Sequence record: OM634661.1
Length of the DNA: 64,000 bases
Strand: one strand, 5' to 3'
The position numbers were made by a program, and so were the translations under genes. Numbering within the stretch: the first letter of the stretch is position 1; every line of letters starts with the position of its first letter. The notes beneath the pieces were generated by a model. It was not told the DNA's origin and made no database searches. It saw nothing but the letters and a program-made list of their open reading frames with translations. Below, one piece after another: positions 41,001 through 49,328 of the stretch.

Positions 41001-42307
41001 AGAGTCATGATGAAAGACACATTGATCTAAGAAATCAAATGATTGGTGCTAGAACCACAAGAATGGATGCTTTAGAATCAGCAGAGGCTCGTCTTGGTAA
41101 AGAATTCATTGGCTTCGTAGACAATACACGTTTTAAAGTATTGACACTGGCTCAAGCAACATATGAAACACTTCAAGAAACAACTGGTCGAAATGGTTCT
41201 CCACTTATGACAGGTCAAGAAGCAGCTAGAAGAAGAGAAATAGTTGAAGAATTCGGAAGAACATTCTCTCAGGATTTAATCTCTTCTAAGAAGTTTAGTG
41301 CAGAAACAGTAAAAGAATCTGTATTAAAAGTAAATCCTAGCTTATCTGGAATGGATCTTGAAACAGAAATCGAAAAGCAGATGTCACAAAGATATCAAGT
41401 CGTTGCATCTATGAACGAATCTATTTTAAATCCAACAGAGACAAACTTGCAGAAGTTCAGACAGGGAAATGAAATACTTGGTCTCTTTGATACTTCTACA
41501 CAGCAAGGTGCAGACAAACTAGACAACATGCTTTCTGAGATTCAATATATAAACAAATTAAATAGTAGTGCAGGAACAAGCACATCTGGTCCACTCAACA
41601 ATGCATTCTTAAAAGTAGGTCTTTCAGAAGGAAGTTCATTTGATCATCTTAGAAAGACATTGAGTGGTCAAGGCAACATGGTAATACCAACAGATGCTGT
41701 TAAAAATATTATGAGTATTGCTGATCCAGAAACAGCGGGTCAATTAGAAGAAGGTATTGGAGTCTACAAAAAGTCTCTTATTACAAACCTAGAAAGAATG
41801 AGCGGGAACCAAGATACAATCATGGATGCAATCGGTAAATCTCATTCTCTTGAAAACGAACAACTTCTAAGTAATGCAATGGCAGCAGATGAAGCTGGAA
41901 CAAAATTAAGAAGTGTTGTTGGAAAAGTAATGCCTGGTGGAATACATGGCGGTGGAGTGATGGCTGGTGCAGCAACATTTATGGGGCTATGGGCAACAAG
42001 TGCTTTAATGAGAAGTGGGCCAACACCTGAGTCTATGAAAGAATCAGCTCCTGCACCACCACCAGTTGAAAACCTTGCACAAAGCCAACCAACAGCACGA
42101 GTTGCTGAAAATGGCGAACATGTGAATATTCGAATATCTGCAAAAGATGCAAAGAATATGTCACAAGAAGACATAGCAGCTCTTGTTCATCAAGAAGTAA
42201 GTGGTATGTCAGGTATACCTATGAATATCAATCTAAATACAAACGACAACTTACAGAGAATCGACAAGAACTGGCTTCAACAAAAATTCTCAGATGCTAT
42301 GGGATGA
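35003..42307 (+). CDS. Candidate single-chain two-barrel virion RNA polymerase with N-terminal DEDDh exonuclease
   Basis: Exonuclease motifs D96-T-E98, D270, H351-x4-D356. Beta-like FDG (1238-1240) and K1362-x5-G-H-R1370. Beta'-like DMSGR (1802-1806), NRYPT (1892-1896) and ADYDGD (1932-1937). Hydrophobic helix near the C-terminus. Confidence 0.8.
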   Translation: MDKNNLVQRYGGVSGDIVWDSRSPSNFSNTNSAERNEGAQTAAKALNELDYNSSAYKNSLGIWSQVNPANPFQNNGQQAIQGLMNMKEGSDVFVYDTEILGTAPMHRKRNSVDFYTPTEIAIQHTKFINGKLQTVENSNRSLLIQPTTDVYNKLDDLIRQAAKGRWVGMTDDQRRTLSDLTLYSGDASELFDVQNVHGRKIVTVKTQNRKVHPLQGSVLSSSKNIARMQQGLKNLMEFGTAPKDMAWELNRFMQGTTNAMFAGYNVHNFDQPMMLDYLKNTVGKSLGKDSVAQRSLDKLYTAMSATQVDAFSAIKTLYKDPFSRFGARTTLERMDELINGSKKRDGSRIAHFGLSDAKVTVDTFNSILADNNVSKMISSGGKARIPGYGTWTSKNIEVGDLLFGKAGLNSHDYDGVYKRRGGVLEPAYNIKTNNIYRNTTYEVKNFFDGVEIDGKKMFGVQLYNQNDDLHHTIFRDNMGELQKAIHGSLEPANNKTDAMRRTASRLQNEDRALRRWRKMFSTESGGGMDLATRLYNALDIERDVRKIAAQEGLKDEKLIKQQIDQMILKNNEWNTDEFVRDYHTMKGRLKHEESYVRSFMNKVQSSEIGGDTPSAKRAQNLAMANFGKLLDQEFGVNEYKRKLPAGSRALPINMNGETQYLNMNGVEGLKRQMYGSLYKGHVSKPNPSIVKQRYKELLGELKTTNAISAKKYEEVLGALDHIRSGDSLDNLLTELSNEVMNERDRNSKLGLSHIPAENPTGVNKTSERHRNVSKALKSGEMEKIMGRAINSVDAYNMQWDGKTPVRFLGKEVEEMMDIHDKAIGNILSDSGINKDARIGFENAKNSRSSLTKLAQAFVNNGMHVQFRYNEVSKGLVMALASQKVSESVLDGSLNDLMKNNNVATVNLPRMNEDGTITLGSQNRVARLTAQRSKDGSYQVVTAFDEVIQSLMRAAPFAKDQLEMASATGKKNGMLRIDSTLNRRARLAMQNLSMNNKKMNNSDMEDMYKTGSRLANWMRGRTIDISAFAEEWYTNFYETASDKARREMRLSSPDRIKANMQSGDLFVNSMGVNARRIFQRQVDGWLSENFNINVDMHSVKDTHVSNYIRATADTRQLTPFGFFNPMARENIMKSVNYHHLDGSTVRQNLLARNFSEDRIDRILNRGVVTDKALEVMGDEVGYLNLRAAYMDDKSIAERATSLKSTYEERAKNPNLSEKERAKYARLAKSIGTAETISTFDGMFIMADDVASAFEIKREKNIRISPGAELNSAIVDKMKKHVESMGGTFDLSQDMSMDVKLIGNGVARGKNGSITISDIAKDDTFRKPVDVYDKWSNDVRIKKWDAKENVLVLEDTVKTGNSTKFVSDAGHRVTSTILPREIVEALAGGQADTILPAFETSKSQWGTEINKYVSLAVDEAKRQVESGKLTVGKLTKEETTQTVLEQIKGMMSKNISRELEKEALVKEGRIVLSDTFGIAGDNELSIGSRVDAQGRRLGGLNGFLSDVDKLLGTSFQGGKTIFGQVGMGLQDVYNWEDRIGLSNENSAGLVKYGRKEADMISSRARAVLGEESAVSTWLNSHIRNAATAQKKDIERIGSGLVRTIIEGRDVTPSSGDVVIRTTGTAFEADNIGRVTDHGVREISMNAIDNLPEVTQKNQKFTVQDYNRTILNFGRTEGTFGDGLSFSDSIKQNKGTALLEMPDETFSRKYLRLIDFGDPANRAIGTTPVMEELEKGAQQIWRGIKEYQAVGSNDSLTPQERESRVNKIRENVERSISDYEGKVAHMTSSSRDGSLEKKLGSAKMDMSGRFRIQGVSPFANYEKSGDGTWNQVGKYQEGHVYMSRQAVGEMIDGAEKNIASQIMGLTNEEISGHGRNLKSKVLDYVRDNGLYGFVNRYPTINQSTIQAMKVSIDESMSSKDRGARLTVGTAARLKADYDGDFLSTVLAHYSTDNAKAIHEDLAKLQHEEHRAGLQSAQGVMDDLVSDIDVKAKQMNLTVGELMKSHDERHIDLRNQMIGARTTRMDALESAEARLGKEFIGFVDNTRFKVLTLAQATYETLQETTGRNGSPLMTGQEAARRREIVEEFGRTFSQDLISSKKFSAETVKESVLKVNPSLSGMDLETEIEKQMSQRYQVVASMNESILNPTETNLQKFRQGNEILGLFDTSTQQGADKLDNMLSEIQYINKLNSSAGTSTSGPLNNAFLKVGLSEGSSFDHLRKTLSGQGNMVIPTDAVKNIMSIADPETAGQLEEGIGVYKKSLITNLERMSGNQDTIMDAIGKSHSLENEQLLSNAMAADEAGTKLRSVVGKVMPGGIHGGGVMAGAATFMGLWATSALMRSGPTPESMKESAPAPPPVENLAQSQPTARVAENGEHVNIRISAKDAKNMSQEDIAALVHQEVSGMSGIPMNINLNTNDNLQRIDKNWLQQKFSDAMG

Positions 42308-42334
42308 TCGTGATAGTATACAGGAGGAAAGACT

Positions 42335-45300
42335 ATGCAAACTATTCAAACTCAGATTAGATCAATTAGAAAAGAATCAAGTGAAGCGGTCTGGAGAATT
42401 TCTTATCTAGACCCTTCGCTCCAGTCTTATGTTGAAGTTTCTATGGGAGAAGGCGGAGATGTTAGAATAGGACCTCGATTATCAGAGGTCTTATCTGATA
42501 TCGAATTTCAAGCGAAGAGTTCTTATCCTATCAATGCAAATTGGATGGAAGATGATCCAGACAATTTATTCTCCGTAAAAAGCTTTAATGATATCGCTGT
42601 TTCTATTGAGATGGAAGTATCAACATATAAGGCTTATAGAAACAAGCAACGTATTCAATTAAAAAGAGAAATGTCTATAGAAGAAAGTGTTCCTTATTCA
42701 GAAAATGAATTCGGAGAAGAAGAAGATGCGATTGAAACACTTTACATACCAGAAGAAAAAGATACGAATATCAAACAAAACAACTTAAGAGATTCTAGTT
42801 ACTTCCTTGTTGGTAAGGTTGGTCGTGTTATTGATGGAGATACAATTGATCTTATTGTTGAAAGAAAAGGAAGTAAGGTTAAGGGTTCTGAATTTGAAAA
42901 AGGAAAGACAGTTAGAATCAGATTCTATGCAACACAAACACCTGAAACAAACAAAGCAGGGGATTATGACGAAAAGACAAACGCTGCTTATGCAAAGAAA
43001 TATAAGATTACAACAAAAGATGCTTATAAGATTGCAGACGAGGCCAAATCATTTGTTCAAAAACAATTGGGTGGTGCTGGTCTTATTGTCGTAGATTTAG
43101 ATACTGATAAAGATGGTAGGCTTAAAACAACATATGGTCGATATGTCGGTATGGTCTATAAGACAAGAGAAACAAATGCTGAGAATGTCTTTAGAAATCA
43201 AGGGAGCATTGCGAATAATATCAACAAAACAATTTTGATAACAGAATCAAAGAAAGTTCCAGGCACTCCATTAGGAACAATTAATAGTGAATTTGTATCA
43301 AAAGAATTTAGCCGTTTTGATGGAATGGTATGGGAAGCAGAACTTGGTCTCAACGCAACAAAGACAAAGCATGTTGGATCTGTAGGAAGCCTGATTGATC
43401 AAAAAGATCCTGATGGTGATAGTAAAAGATTAAATATGAAGACAGTGAATATTAAGTACGAAGAGGCTCCTAGTAACTTAATTGACTACATAGAACCTAA
43501 TGATGATAGAGCTGAAAGTAGAGCAAGTGATGCTTTATCAGAATACAGAGTGAGAATTGGTGACGTTGATCTAGTTATTCCTCCTCTATCTATTAACTTA
43601 AACAGAGCTTCTAATTTGCAAAAAATTAAAACGTTGCGAAGCAAATCTTCTATTATTACAAAAGTAGGTAGCAGTACAGAACACATTACGCTTCAATTAT
43701 ATTTTCATGATCTTGATTCTATTAACGGTAAAAGAATCAAAAGACATGCAAAGCTAAAAGACCAATACTATTACATGGATGGATTAAGACCATTGATTGC
43801 ACAGTTTAAAAAAGCTCCATTCCTTCCTATTGATAATGAATATATAAATGAAACGCTAGGTATTCACAACGTAGCTCTTGTCAATTTAACAGTATCAACT
43901 GTACCAGGATTTCCTCATTCATTGTCAGCGACTCTTGTTCTTGCAAAATTTGAACATGAAGCTTTCATGCCACAAGTTGAATTCTTAGGAAATGCTATCA
44001 ATTATCCTTTACTAAGATGGTATTACCAAGAAGCAATGGTTGATAACGGAAGTCCATACCGAACATACTTGTCTCCAATTGAGGGAGAACTAACAAACGA
44101 CTTTACGTTCTCTATTGCTGATGAAGATCAGCTTGCAGAAAGAAAAATGGCAATACAAAAGATTCGAATGATGGAAAATCCATTAACATATAAAGAAAAG
44201 ATTGATAATAAGGAAACAGAAATTGGTCGCTTAATTTCTGATGGTAAAAAGATAGAAGTGGCCTTGAAGCAATGGGAGCGATATCTAAATGTTAAATCAA
44301 AAGGATTACTTCCTAAAGTAGATGAGATGGGATATATTGAGCCAAATGATACATTAAGTCCTAAATCCCCAAACCCTAAAAGCCGACAAGCTTGGAAAGA
44401 GATCTATGAGAGCGAAGCTATTGCTTCTAAATCTAATGCAAGATTCTATCCAGTAGAGAGTCAAGAATTCCAAACAACAATGATGCCTGAACAATATACA
44501 AGAGAAGAATATAGAAGCTATTTTGGAGATCATAAAGCTGAAGGGTTTATCATGATCGGTCTTGATGGGGCGGCAAATAAAGAAGCTCTTCCAAGTTTCT
44601 ATCAGGATGTTGGTGGTAATAAAGACACGACAAATTCACCTTTATACTATATTCCAATGAGTCAGCCATCTTATGCACAACAAATCTTATCAAGAGCAAA
44701 GAATGCAGAGTTAAGCGCAAAAAATTATATTGATGAGTACACAGAGACTCAAAAGATCATTAGAGCAACAGAAGGAGAACTTGATCTTGTTGATTACCCG
44801 ATTGATGGATTGATTCTAACAAATATTGATGTCATGTATGAGAACTCTTTCAGTACAATGCATATACAAATGAATGATGCACCTACTAATCAATATCTTG
44901 GATCACAAGATCCTTATGTACAAGTAAAGTTTGAAGCAACTCAAGATGCTGTTAGACAACTAAAGGATTTATTGCAAACAGTAGATCGCTACTCTAAAGA
45001 ATACAGGCTTGGAATTACATCTGGATTTATGGGATTAGATAATCAATTAACAAATCTATTTGGAGTTAGAACTGTTCTTGCAGAAAATGTTGGTATTAAT
45101 ACTGTACCAGGATTCCCTGGCAGATTCCAAGTAGAGATGACACTTTGTGGATTCAATAAGACTCAGAAAAGAACAGAAGAACTTGAAGGTATATCACCTA
45201 TCTATGGTAATTCTTCAAAGGCAGATAGACATGCAAAGAATTACAATGCAGCAGTAGATAATGCCATTGTTGAAATGAAGATGAGAGACCTTGAAGTTTA

Positions 45301-48300
45301 TCCAGATTTAGAACTTCCAACTTATGATGAGTTAAATGCGGCACTTCCTTACATTTCATCTGGTGCTAAAAAGATTCCTAATTACTTAGGAAACAAGTAT
45401 GTTGACCCTGACTTCTACATCGCAACGCCGAATACATTAAGAGAAATGGTCAAAGAGATGAGAGAGAAAGAACATAAGATGCAGCTTAAAGACATGATGG
45501 GTGTACAAATGTACACAAGTAATCAGATGTCAGGACCATTAGATGGAGATGCTTCGATGTGGAGTCTCTTAAATAATGTAGATGAATCAGTGCCAGGTAT
45601 TAAAGCGGGATTCAATTGGGGCGGCGAAACAAGTTCGTCTGGTGGATCTTCTAAGGATGGCGGTGTATTCAAAAGCAAAGAGGTTCAAAAGTATGTAGAG
45701 GATAAGAAGAAGTTGAAAGAACCACCTACTTTGCAAGAATGGTCTAAATGGGGATATGGAACAACACCTAGTCAGTATCTTGCATGGAAAGAGAATCCTC
45801 ATCCAGAAGAATGGCAGGTATACAACCTAATATATCAAATGGTTGATACTAGATGGTTAAAAGCTGGTCTAGTCTTTAATGATAAAAAGAAAAGTACAAA
45901 GGCAATTGAAAAGGTCACATACTCTAAGAGAGATGATCTTTATAAGGTGAATTGGAATTACTTAGCTGATCAAGATCCAAGTCAGATTAAGAATGGTAAG
46001 AAAGTTAAGATCGGAAAGTTATCCAAGCAGGATTTTAGATCTACTAATAGCAAAGTAACAAGAGAGCGTATTGCAAACTTGATTAAAGCCATCTTCCATG
46101 TGAGAAGTGGATGGAAGCAATTCTACAGTAATGGATCTCCAATTTTCAGAGGTGGAGAGAACTCTGCTGGTATCGGAGGTGTTCCTCTAGGAGCAGAAGC
46201 TGAAGGTGTTTCAGAAGCTAAAAGACTTCTATGGGATTGGAAATATAATATTACATTTGCAGTAGATCATCTATTTAAGATGTATAAACAAGCAAATAAC
46301 AGTAAGGATCTCAATAAGAAATCTAGGCCTTGGGATTACATGATTCAAGGATATGCAACAGGAAACACAGATGGAGAATTGAAAAATTCATTTGTTGATG
46401 CAGTATATGCAAAATTTGATAGACAGTACAATGATGTAAAGGCGAAATATGCAACACCATCAAGCCCAATGAACTTGAAAGCATTCCAATATAAAAACGG
46501 CTTAAGTGATCATGACATTGCTGTTATCAAGGGAGATAAGGGAGCTATCATTGATGAGCTTCTATCCATTGGATATAGAGAAGTGAAAAGCACAACTCTT
46601 ATTATCTTTAAAGAGTATTATTCTAAAGCAGAAACAAAAAAGATTTTGGAAAAGAAAAGTGCAACAAAGCTGAAGAAGATACTAGATGATTACAGGCTAG
46701 ATAAGTATGGAAGCGGAGAAAGTTACAAGGAACCAGCCAATTCATATTTTGATCCAAACTTTAGTAATATTTCACAAGCTAAAGGGGCAAATGCTGATGA
46801 AGATGAGTATTACAGATATCAGAAATATATCGAAGCTGGAGACTACATTGACAATGCAGATGGTAATAGACTCGTAAATACAGATGATCCTCAAGAATTA
46901 TTTAGAGAGATGTTTGTAGATATGCTTGATTATGATCATAGATTTAGATTGCTTCGTGCATTCCCTACTTTCCAAATGTTTATTATCGAAGAAGGAAGAT
47001 GGATGGCAAACTATAGACTGTGGGATAACCTTTATGGATTTAATGCAATACAATCTATAGATGTACATAAAAATAGAAAGATTGCCGCTGACACAGCGAT
47101 TATCACTATGACAAATGTATATAACAATCTAAGAGCACGATCTATGGATACAAGCTACAGCGAGTGGGATTACAGCTTCTGGGATAACCTTGTCTTAGGA
47201 AATCCAAACGAAAAATTATTAGAAGCTAGAAAAGAATTACTGAGTAACATGATGCTAGAGCCAGGTGCTAGAATCCATTTAAGAATGGGATATGGATCAA
47301 GCGTACCAAATTTACCTGTTGTCTTTAACGGAACAATAACAGAGATGGACACAGAAGAGCTTGTAACAGTTGTTGCTCAAGGTGACGGTATTGAATTAAC
47401 AAACGTGATCTCTGGAGATCCTGATGATAAGAACAGAAGCTGGATTGGAACTATTGAAGAACCAAGAGACTTGATCTGTAACTTAATGACAAGTAAAGGT
47501 AACTGGTTCAAAGATGTAATCAACTGGACAAGTGGAAATACATTCTTCAAAGACAATCCATTAGGTGTACAACACTTTGGAATGCCTGGTAAAACACCAC
47601 CAGCAAACTTTGTACCATTCAATACTGATTATGGGGAAGCTGCTCAGAACATTTATTCTTCAAATGGAATACCTACATTTAGCCAATGGACTTATGAAAA
47701 TGGGGAGTCAATTCCATTCTCATTTGAAGGAGGAAACCCTTGGAGATGGATACAACCAGGTGATGAAGATAACATACTTCTTAGCTTCTATCTGAATACA
47801 ATCTGGGATATTACACAAACGATTGCATATTGTTCACCTGATTACGTTGCAGCCGTTCATCCATTTGAAACAAGAAGTACATTGTTCTTTGGTAAACCAT
47901 ACTGGAAGATGGCACATAGATATAGTAGCTCATACGAGTATGATTCTGGATCAAAACAATGGCTCAGAACTTTAAACACAGAGCATAGAAAACCATATAT
48001 GCAATTCCATTACTTAGATGGATATATGGACATTATCTCTAACAGAATCAAAGCAACTTCAGAAAATATGTATACAAACGTCATTGTGAACTATGACGGA
48101 AAACAAACAGAAACAATTTATGCTGATTACGACATTCATTTTGCAAAACAAAAGACAACTGTCATTGATGCGAAGATTGTTTCAAGAGCAAAAGGGATTG
48201 ACTTCTGGACATCTGAGAAACAGGCATTGTATTACGGAGCAAGTGCTCTTAGAGATTACATGAAAGATATGTATCAAGGAGAGCTAATTGTACTAGGAAC

Positions 48301-49315
48301 ACCAACATTGAAGCCTCATGACATGTGCTTCATGTCTGATGAGATGTCTGATATGAATGGAAACATTCAAGTAAAAGCAGTCACTCACTCTTTCTCATTA
48401 GAAACAGGTTTTGTTTCTTCTGTACAGCCAGATGCAGTAGTTGTTACAGATGATATGGCAATCTTATCTCAATCATCTTGGTTGCATTCATTTGGCACTG
48501 GATTACTAGGATCTATCGTTGGTACAAGATACGCATCTAGATCTTTAAGAAAAATTGTATCAAGTGCAATTGCTCAAAAATTAATCAAGACAGGTGGAAA
48601 GGGATCTAAAAAAGCGATAGAGAAATCATTACTAAAAGGACTGTCGTCAATTCCTGGAAACGATAAAGATGTGAAAGCCTTTAAGACGGCAATGGCAGAG
48701 TATATAAGGGCAGGAGAAGGAACAAGTGCTAAGTCACAAGCATTAGACAAAGCAACAAAAGCTCAATCGAGACTTGAAAGTAAAGTAGCTGAGTGGAAGC
48801 AAAGCGGGTCATTTGACAAGAAGAAGCTTGGTAAGAAAGGTATTAGTCAAGCAAAGATTGAGGTAAAACGAGCCACAGCAGTATCAAAACAAATCCTCAA
48901 TGCAACTAAGGGTGGTAAGAAAGCTATGAAGACAATCAGCCTTATTGGAAGAGGAGTGGCTGCATCAAACCCTATCGGCTTACTTGTCACAGCTGTTGCT
49001 ACATGGGCTGCTGAAACAATCGCTGAAAAATATAGAAGAAAGAAAGCATCTATGCAAGCATGTTTGATTCTTCCTTTGAAATATCAAGGTAGAGAATTCA
49101 CAGCTGGCATCAATGGACACAAAGGACTTGTTGTTGGAGACAACCCAGGCCGTATAGATAACTTCTTATCAGGAGCAGGATTTGATGGTAAGAATGATGG
49201 CGGACTAGATGAATGGGTAATGGACTTGTGGAATTGGGCAACAGATGCAGAAGATAAGAAATATAGCGTAAGTGAAGAAGACTTAATGTCTGGAGATTAT
49301 AAATTAAATCAATAA
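42335..49315 (+). CDS. Giant baseplate-hub protein with N-terminal thermonuclease (SNase) domain and a degenerate lysozyme-like domain
   Basis: RVIDGDTI...RIRFYATQTPE...YGRYVGMVY; hub-like LEPGARIHLRMGYG...FNGTITE and VKAVTHSFS; hydrophobic C-terminal helices. Confidence 0.72.
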   Translation: MQTIQTQIRSIRKESSEAVWRISYLDPSLQSYVEVSMGEGGDVRIGPRLSEVLSDIEFQAKSSYPINANWMEDDPDNLFSVKSFNDIAVSIEMEVSTYKAYRNKQRIQLKREMSIEESVPYSENEFGEEEDAIETLYIPEEKDTNIKQNNLRDSSYFLVGKVGRVIDGDTIDLIVERKGSKVKGSEFEKGKTVRIRFYATQTPETNKAGDYDEKTNAAYAKKYKITTKDAYKIADEAKSFVQKQLGGAGLIVVDLDTDKDGRLKTTYGRYVGMVYKTRETNAENVFRNQGSIANNINKTILITESKKVPGTPLGTINSEFVSKEFSRFDGMVWEAELGLNATKTKHVGSVGSLIDQKDPDGDSKRLNMKTVNIKYEEAPSNLIDYIEPNDDRAESRASDALSEYRVRIGDVDLVIPPLSINLNRASNLQKIKTLRSKSSIITKVGSSTEHITLQLYFHDLDSINGKRIKRHAKLKDQYYYMDGLRPLIAQFKKAPFLPIDNEYINETLGIHNVALVNLTVSTVPGFPHSLSATLVLAKFEHEAFMPQVEFLGNAINYPLLRWYYQEAMVDNGSPYRTYLSPIEGELTNDFTFSIADEDQLAERKMAIQKIRMMENPLTYKEKIDNKETEIGRLISDGKKIEVALKQWERYLNVKSKGLLPKVDEMGYIEPNDTLSPKSPNPKSRQAWKEIYESEAIASKSNARFYPVESQEFQTTMMPEQYTREEYRSYFGDHKAEGFIMIGLDGAANKEALPSFYQDVGGNKDTTNSPLYYIPMSQPSYAQQILSRAKNAELSAKNYIDEYTETQKIIRATEGELDLVDYPIDGLILTNIDVMYENSFSTMHIQMNDAPTNQYLGSQDPYVQVKFEATQDAVRQLKDLLQTVDRYSKEYRLGITSGFMGLDNQLTNLFGVRTVLAENVGINTVPGFPGRFQVEMTLCGFNKTQKRTEELEGISPIYGNSSKADRHAKNYNAAVDNAIVEMKMRDLEVYPDLELPTYDELNAALPYISSGAKKIPNYLGNKYVDPDFYIATPNTLREMVKEMREKEHKMQLKDMMGVQMYTSNQMSGPLDGDASMWSLLNNVDESVPGIKAGFNWGGETSSSGGSSKDGGVFKSKEVQKYVEDKKKLKEPPTLQEWSKWGYGTTPSQYLAWKENPHPEEWQVYNLIYQMVDTRWLKAGLVFNDKKKSTKAIEKVTYSKRDDLYKVNWNYLADQDPSQIKNGKKVKIGKLSKQDFRSTNSKVTRERIANLIKAIFHVRSGWKQFYSNGSPIFRGGENSAGIGGVPLGAEAEGVSEAKRLLWDWKYNITFAVDHLFKMYKQANNSKDLNKKSRPWDYMIQGYATGNTDGELKNSFVDAVYAKFDRQYNDVKAKYATPSSPMNLKAFQYKNGLSDHDIAVIKGDKGAIIDELLSIGYREVKSTTLIIFKEYYSKAETKKILEKKSATKLKKILDDYRLDKYGSGESYKEPANSYFDPNFSNISQAKGANADEDEYYRYQKYIEAGDYIDNADGNRLVNTDDPQELFREMFVDMLDYDHRFRLLRAFPTFQMFIIEEGRWMANYRLWDNLYGFNAIQSIDVHKNRKIAADTAIITMTNVYNNLRARSMDTSYSEWDYSFWDNLVLGNPNEKLLEARKELLSNMMLEPGARIHLRMGYGSSVPNLPVVFNGTITEMDTEELVTVVAQGDGIELTNVISGDPDDKNRSWIGTIEEPRDLICNLMTSKGNWFKDVINWTSGNTFFKDNPLGVQHFGMPGKTPPANFVPFNTDYGEAAQNIYSSNGIPTFSQWTYENGESIPFSFEGGNPWRWIQPGDEDNILLSFYLNTIWDITQTIAYCSPDYVAAVHPFETRSTLFFGKPYWKMAHRYSSSYEYDSGSKQWLRTLNTEHRKPYMQFHYLDGYMDIISNRIKATSENMYTNVIVNYDGKQTETIYADYDIHFAKQKTTVIDAKIVSRAKGIDFWTSEKQALYYGASALRDYMKDMYQGELIVLGTPTLKPHDMCFMSDEMSDMNGNIQVKAVTHSFSLETGFVSSVQPDAVVVTDDMAILSQSSWLHSFGTGLLGSIVGTRYASRSLRKIVSSAIAQKLIKTGGKGSKKAIEKSLLKGLSSIPGNDKDVKAFKTAMAEYIRAGEGTSAKSQALDKATKAQSRLESKVAEWKQSGSFDKKKLGKKGISQAKIEVKRATAVSKQILNATKGGKKAMKTISLIGRGVAASNPIGLLVTAVATWAAETIAEKYRRKKASMQACLILPLKYQGREFTAGINGHKGLVVGDNPGRIDNFLSGAGFDGKNDGGLDEWVMDLWNWATDAEDKKYSVSEEDLMSGDYKLNQ

Positions 49316-49328
49316 GGGATGTGGTTGT

